From: Bdellovibrionota bacterium FG-1
Lineage (GTDB): Bacteria > Bdellovibrionota > UBA1018
Length of the DNA stretch: 64,000 nucleotides
Assembly (NCBI GenBank): GCA_051382295.1
Contig: JBBCAW010000078.1
Coordinates: 13,558-77,557 of the forward strand
Reading direction: 5' to 3'
Numbering within the stretch: the first letter of the stretch is position 1; the number at the start of each line of letters is the position of its first letter. Positions 60,294 through 64,000 of this stretch are shown piece by piece. The notes under the pieces were generated by a model. That model was not told where the DNA came from. It ran no database searches and saw only the letters and a list, made by a program, of their open reading frames with translations. The position numbers and the translations under genes were made by a program.

Positions 60294-60369
60294 AATTTAA
60301 CTTTTTCCGCAGATCACCTGGCAGAAGCCGTTTTACGGCGAATATGAGTGGGTGGGAAGGATTGGATGG

Positions 60370-60705
60370 TTAGCTGGCGCGATCCTTCAAAAGCCCCATG
60401 CGGGCAAGCTTCTTCACCTCATCAACCTCAAGAAGTTCGTCGTTGACGTACATGTGAATCACCGAAGCGATGAGGGTTTGGTATCCCATTCCGCGCTTCT
60501 GGGCTGCACGTTTGATGGCGGTCAAGTCCTGCGGCTCGATCCGGATATTGGTCCGCGCGTCTTTACGACGCTCGTCACTCCCAACCCTTGCTGCCTCCAC
60601 GAATATTTTGCCGGCGGTCGCTGAATTCTTCTTCCATTCGCCACGCGCAATGCTGGCTTCGATTTCCTTTTCCTCTGGGGTCAGATCAAATTTATTTTTT
60701 GCCAT
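60370..60705 (-). CDS. CopG/BrnA-like antitoxin (paralog of 51343-51741)
   Basis: SIARGEW, RTNIRI, GMGYQTLIASVIH; AGGAGG SD. Confidence 0.82.
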   Translation of the reverse strand: MAKNKFDLTPEEKEIEASIARGEWKKNSATAGKIFVEAARVGSDERRKDARTNIRIEPQDLTAIKRAAQKRGMGYQTLIASVIHMYVNDELLEVDEVKKLARMGLLKDRAS

Positions 60706-60714
60706 AAGCTCCTC

Positions 60715-60954
60715 CTAGTATGCCGTTCGCATTAAAATGACCGTTTTTGAAACCGTTACCGGTACCCGCCACTCGTCTCCATCCACTTCCACTACGAGGA
60801 CAATCTGGCCCGCATGAATTCCCTTGGTGCCCTTGTAACTGTACCAGTCACGAAGGCCGCCATCCCGAATGGCATCTTCAATCTCTTCAAATGAAATGCC
60901 CCGCTCTTCTTTGAGCCATTCATTTTTTTCGGGCTTCCATGTCAATCGTTTCAC
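60715..60954 (-). CDS. BrnT-like toxin (paralog of 51744-51995)
   Basis: WKPEKNEWLKEERGISFEEI, MRTAY; GTG start 6 nt after TTGCAA-17-TACAAT. Confidence 0.75.
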   Translation of the reverse strand: MKRLTWKPEKNEWLKEERGISFEEIEDAIRDGGLRDWYSYKGTKGIHAGQIVLVVEVDGDEWRVPVTVSKTVILMRTAY

Positions 60955-61207
60955 GTTTTTATTGTAACCCTTTTGTGTACCTATTGCAAGTCTGTATACT
61001 TGCCAAATGTCTCGTATATTCGATCTAATGGTGATTGCAACGGATAACAATATGTGCCTTTTGTTATCACATTGCATTACAATTTATGTCAAACCGGAAC
61101 TTTTAACTACCTGGCTGGACGCTCCCAAGATTGTGGTGAGTACATCAAAAAGAAGTAGCGACCAAAACTCGTGAAACAGTATCTTAATAACTCGTAACTC
61201 GCTCCGC

Positions 61208-61376
61208 CATCGTTATCGGACGATAAACAGCGCCAGTCATAATATAATATCGTTATTTGACGATATTATAATGAAAACGCTCACATTTATCTTCATCTAA
61301 CGATATTTTTAAACTATTATCGCTATAGGGCGATATTTTACGACAAAACAGACTACTGTATTGCCCAATGGCGATA
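61208..61376. promoter_or_regulatory. Five HipB-type operators TATCG-N8-CGATA
   Basis: Copies at 61208, 61248, 61288, 61318, 61359 (three carry one mismatch). Confidence 0.8.
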
Positions 61377-61394
61377 TTTAATGAGGAGACGACA

Positions 61395-61610
61395 ATGACG
61401 CTTGGTGAACAGCTCAAACACATACGCAAGACCTACGGCCTTACACAAAAAAAACTCGCCGACCAAAGTGGGGTGAGCTTCTCTTTCATCAATAGTGTGG
61501 AAACCGGTAGCAGTTCCATGCGGCTTGAGACTCTCAATAAAGTTCTCGCTCTGGTGGGCTGTGAAATAGCGATTGTCGACAAAAAAACCAAGAAAGTGAT
61601 TGGAGCATAG
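61395..61610 (+). CDS. hipB: HipB-like XRE antitoxin
   Basis: LTQKKLADQSGVSFSFINSVETG HTH; GAGGAG SD. Confidence 0.85.
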   Translation: MTLGEQLKHIRKTYGLTQKKLADQSGVSFSFINSVETGSSSMRLETLNKVLALVGCEIAIVDKKTKKVIGA

Positions 61611-61614
61611 TCTG

Positions 61615-62955
61615 ATGACAGACGAAAAAATAAAAGCCAACAAAGCTGAAGTACGCCTCAGAGGTGAGCGGGCAGGAATCCTGATCAGACAATCCGACAA
61701 AATGTATTTGTTTAAATATGATGATCAATATCTAACGAAAAAAGACCCCATTGCGATTGCCATAAGTTTTCCCATAAATGTGAGCGAGTACCTATCGCCT
61801 CAATTGCACCCATTTTTTGACAATTTAATTATGGAAGGCTGGTTGCTCAATCAGACTGAAAAACAATTCCATGTAGACAAAAAAAACCGATGGGGCCTGC
61901 TTATGTTGGCAGGAGCCAACCCGGTAGGCGCCGTTAGCGTCCATGCGCTAGATACGGCTGGACATCCAATGAGCGATAGTACTGACATTGAAGAAGAGGG
62001 AACTCAGTTATTCCCGGTTAAGACTGCGGCGAATCCTGGCATTTGTTCCTTTTGTCTCAGGACCGTAAAAGAACCAGAAGAATTTCATCTCGCCTGTTAC
62101 AGAAAACTATGGGGAACAGCAAAAGCGCTTTTTGTTAAACTAGACGAGTTGCAACCCCTTCAAAGTTTTTCTAAAACTGTAAATGACGGCAGTATTTCGG
62201 GTGCTCAAAGAAAAGGGCTTTTTGCGCTAAACAAAAATGAACTCCGCGTAAACTCCGCCGACTCTCTTTATATCCTTAAACCAGACGGCGACTATCCTGA
62301 ACTTCCTGCCAACGAGCACTTAACAATGACGGCGGCAAAACATTTAGGCTTCGACGTTCCCCCAACAGGGCTTATTAGCATTGAGGGTGTCGGACTAGTA
62401 TTCGTGATTAGGCGATTTGACCGCATAGCGCCGAATTACCGGCTGCTGCTCGAGGATATGGCCCAAATCTACGAAGAAGCGAGTGACGACAAATATTCCC
62501 TGAGCCTCGAAAAGGTGGGACAGGCGATTTTGGAGCATACTCAAGCTGGCCCCTTGAACCTCAACGACTATTTTCGGCGAATACTCTTCTGTTTTTTGAC
62601 CGCCAACGGAGACATGCACCTGAAAAACTGGTCTTTGCTTGAAATGAACAAAAATCCGGGCGTCTTCCGCCTAAGTCCTGCCTACGACTGGTTAAATACA
62701 CGAATCGCGTTACCGCGAGAAAAGGATGAGCTGGCCATCCCAATGGCCGGAAAGAAAAGAAACATGCAAAAATCCTACTTCAAACGGTTTGCCATTAATG
62801 AGTTGGGGTTAAAAGAACACTACGTTGAAAAGGTCTTTGCTGAAATTCCAACCTGGACACGGACGCTCGAAGAATTAATTCCACACTCCTTCTTGAGCGA
62901 GAATATGAAAAAAGCATACCTCTCCGTTCTTCAGCAAAGGACTACAGCATTGTAA
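61615..62955 (+). CDS. hipA: HipA-family Ser/Thr kinase toxin with N-terminal HipA_N domain
   Basis: F-x-YD..Y, PFFDNL..EG, SISGAQRK, YILKP, NEH, RFDR, NGDMHLKNWS, LSPAYD. Confidence 0.92.
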   Translation: MTDEKIKANKAEVRLRGERAGILIRQSDKMYLFKYDDQYLTKKDPIAIAISFPINVSEYLSPQLHPFFDNLIMEGWLLNQTEKQFHVDKKNRWGLLMLAGANPVGAVSVHALDTAGHPMSDSTDIEEEGTQLFPVKTAANPGICSFCLRTVKEPEEFHLACYRKLWGTAKALFVKLDELQPLQSFSKTVNDGSISGAQRKGLFALNKNELRVNSADSLYILKPDGDYPELPANEHLTMTAAKHLGFDVPPTGLISIEGVGLVFVIRRFDRIAPNYRLLLEDMAQIYEEASDDKYSLSLEKVGQAILEHTQAGPLNLNDYFRRILFCFLTANGDMHLKNWSLLEMNKNPGVFRLSPAYDWLNTRIALPREKDELAIPMAGKKRNMQKSYFKRFAINELGLKEHYVEKVFAEIPTWTRTLEELIPHSFLSENMKKAYLSVLQQRTTAL

Positions 62956-62987
62956 TTTCGAAGCCGCCTTGACAATAATTCCATCCA

Positions 62988-63060
62988 CCGTCGCGGCTTC
63001 GCCGGCCAAGTACGATTACGGGGGGGGGCCCCGAGGGGCATTTGCCGGGGGCTATTGGTG
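62988..63060 (+). pseudogene. Collapsed relic of a lipoprotein paralog (two distant segments fused)
   Basis: 62988-63019 matches 55878-55909 (31/32); 63017-63060 matches 57185-57228; joined at a shared TAC. Confidence 0.8.
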
Positions 63061-63123
63061 AAACACAATACGTATGCGGAAAAGGGGGGTTCAAAATACG
63101 ATGACGTATCGTATAATGGGGGA

Positions 63124-63345
63124 ATGAAAGTTACCGCTCTCTTACCTGACGAGCTTATTAGTGAAGTGAAGGTCCTTTCGCATGGCAAGACCATCACTGA
63201 GGCATTGATCATTGCTTTGAGCGAATGGACCTCGACAAAAACGCTCCAAGCCCTGAATCAGAAGGTCCGGCGCACTCCTCTTCGCTTTAAAGAAGGCGTC
63301 GGCGCGGCTAAGATCAGGCGACTCAACCGAAGAAGACAGAAATAA
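63124..63345 (+). CDS. VapB/DUF2191-like antitoxin
   Basis: MKVTALLPDELI-x-EV...G-x-TITEA...AL-x-EW; TATAAT 6 nt upstream inside palindrome ATACGAT..ATCGTAT. Confidence 0.8.
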   Translation: MKVTALLPDELISEVKVLSHGKTITEALIIALSEWTSTKTLQALNQKVRRTPLRFKEGVGAAKIRRLNRRRQK

Positions 63346-63503
63346 TGATCGCCGACACCTCGATATGGATCGAGTTTCTCAAGGGCGTCGGGCTGATCGA
63401 CTTGGCGATCCTTTCGGCCGCGAGAAAAAACAAACTCAAGGTTTGGACATTGGATAAAAATTTGAAAAAGATCCTGTCTTCCAATGAGTGTTTCGAGCCT
63501 TGA
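63345..63503 (+). pseudogene. VapC/PIN toxin with large in-frame internal deletion (52 aa)
   Basis: MIADTSIWIEFLKG fused directly to VGLIDLAIL...VWTLDK; central catalytic Glu region missing. Confidence 0.8.
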
Positions 63504-63516
63504 GCGAGTGGGCCTG

Positions 63517-63615
63517 CCGTCAACTCCGGCCAAGTTTTATTGTATTGGAGTATCGGAAGCCGGATTCGGCGTGAGGTTTTGCAGGGCAAACGCGCGGAAT
63601 ACGGAAAAGCAATTG
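63517..63615 (+). repeat. 99-bp copy of an internal yhcG segment
   Basis: Identical by eye to 57603-57701. Confidence 0.9.
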
Positions 63616-63867
63616 GGCATCTTTCAAAAGATCGCGCCGCATATGATGCATTAAACTTTAAACAACTTAGTAATTTCAAGTATTTAGTATCTATTTCATT
63701 TTTCAATTCTTACGTAACGCCGCCACCTATGTAATAAGAGCCTTTTTGTTACGATGCCGCAGTATATATGTATTACGCTTTAGCTGTGATATAGATCTAT
63801 ATTGACACACATGTGGTATATATGTATATCATTATACTGAGCTTAACAAAGGACTACCGCAGAAAAC

Positions 63868-64000
63868 ATGAACAGTAAAAGGTGCTTCAAATGCTTGCAG
63901 CCGATTGCTGGTGCACAGTCTCGCTACGGCTTGCATGAAGCTTGTTTCCTGACTTGGTTTAAGCTGAAGCAGCCCGCCGAATTTGTCAGTTTAGTGAGGC
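63868..64000 (+). CDS. Probable second HipA-family protein, N-terminus (runs off right edge)
   Basis: MNSKRCFKCLQP...GLHEACFLTWF mirrors the CxxC..HxxC segment of HipA 61615-62955. Confidence 0.55.
   Translation, partial: MNSKRCFKCLQPIAGAQSRYGLHEACFLTWFKLKQPAEFVSLVR

Larger units (their letters stand above)
41659..64000. mobile_element. tRNA-Ala-anchored genomic island (continues past right edge)
   Basis: Abrupt switch from housekeeping genes to TA/defence genes, paralog array and pseudogenes right after the tRNA; no integrase in window. Confidence 0.7.

Noticed and set aside
41659..64000. Complete DGR or integron
   Set aside because: No reverse transcriptase, avd, AAC-rich template repeat, intI or convincing RYYYAAC...GTTRRRY attC sites found; the GCTTAAC after paralog 4 has no properly matching partner.

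Overview
Bacterial chromosomal window, probably from a Bdellovibrionota/Oligoflexia-type (deltaproteobacterial-lineage) organism; this is inferred from the TIGR02147-like gene, the 'GG..GNG' secreted protein and the core protein sequences, not proven. Bases 1-6.9 kb hold the core tRNA(Thr-Tyr-Gly-Thr)-tuf-rpmG-tRNA(Trp)-secE-nusG-rplKAJL-rpoB cluster on the minus strand. Bases 7-41.5 kb are mostly housekeeping genes (rlmB, pyrF, proS, NtrY/NtrX-like pair, GGDEF protein, pyrD, RsmB-like methylase, acyl-CoA dehydrogenase, rsgA, serA, D-2-HG dehydrogenase-like, RND pump), with accessory inserts: four AAA+/PD-(D/E)XK-type ATPases each with its own operator repeats, vapBC, brnTA, a TIGR02147 module, a 4x51-bp hairpin repeat and a 25-aa (ATKKK)4 mini-protein missing from the ORF track. 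From tRNA-Ala(CGC) at 41.6 kb to the window end runs a genomic island. It is built from four paralogous ~820-aa surface lipoproteins (2x FN3 + FGE-sulfatase/C-type-lectin-fold domain with a hypervariable, DGR-target-like C-terminus), each behind the same sigma-28-like promoter. They are interleaved with many toxin-antitoxin/defence genes (HEPN-MNT, RelE/HigB-XRE, Fic, two BrnT-like pairs, YhcG, GNAT-DUF1778, HipBA, VapBC). At least three short relics of deleted lipoprotein copies remain, each next to a surviving TA module. This TA-interleaved, expanding/contracting array of variable lectin-like lipoproteins is the best candidate for an undescribed system. No reverse transcriptase, integrase or cas gene is visible in the window. 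All family assignments come from motif recognition; no database search was run.
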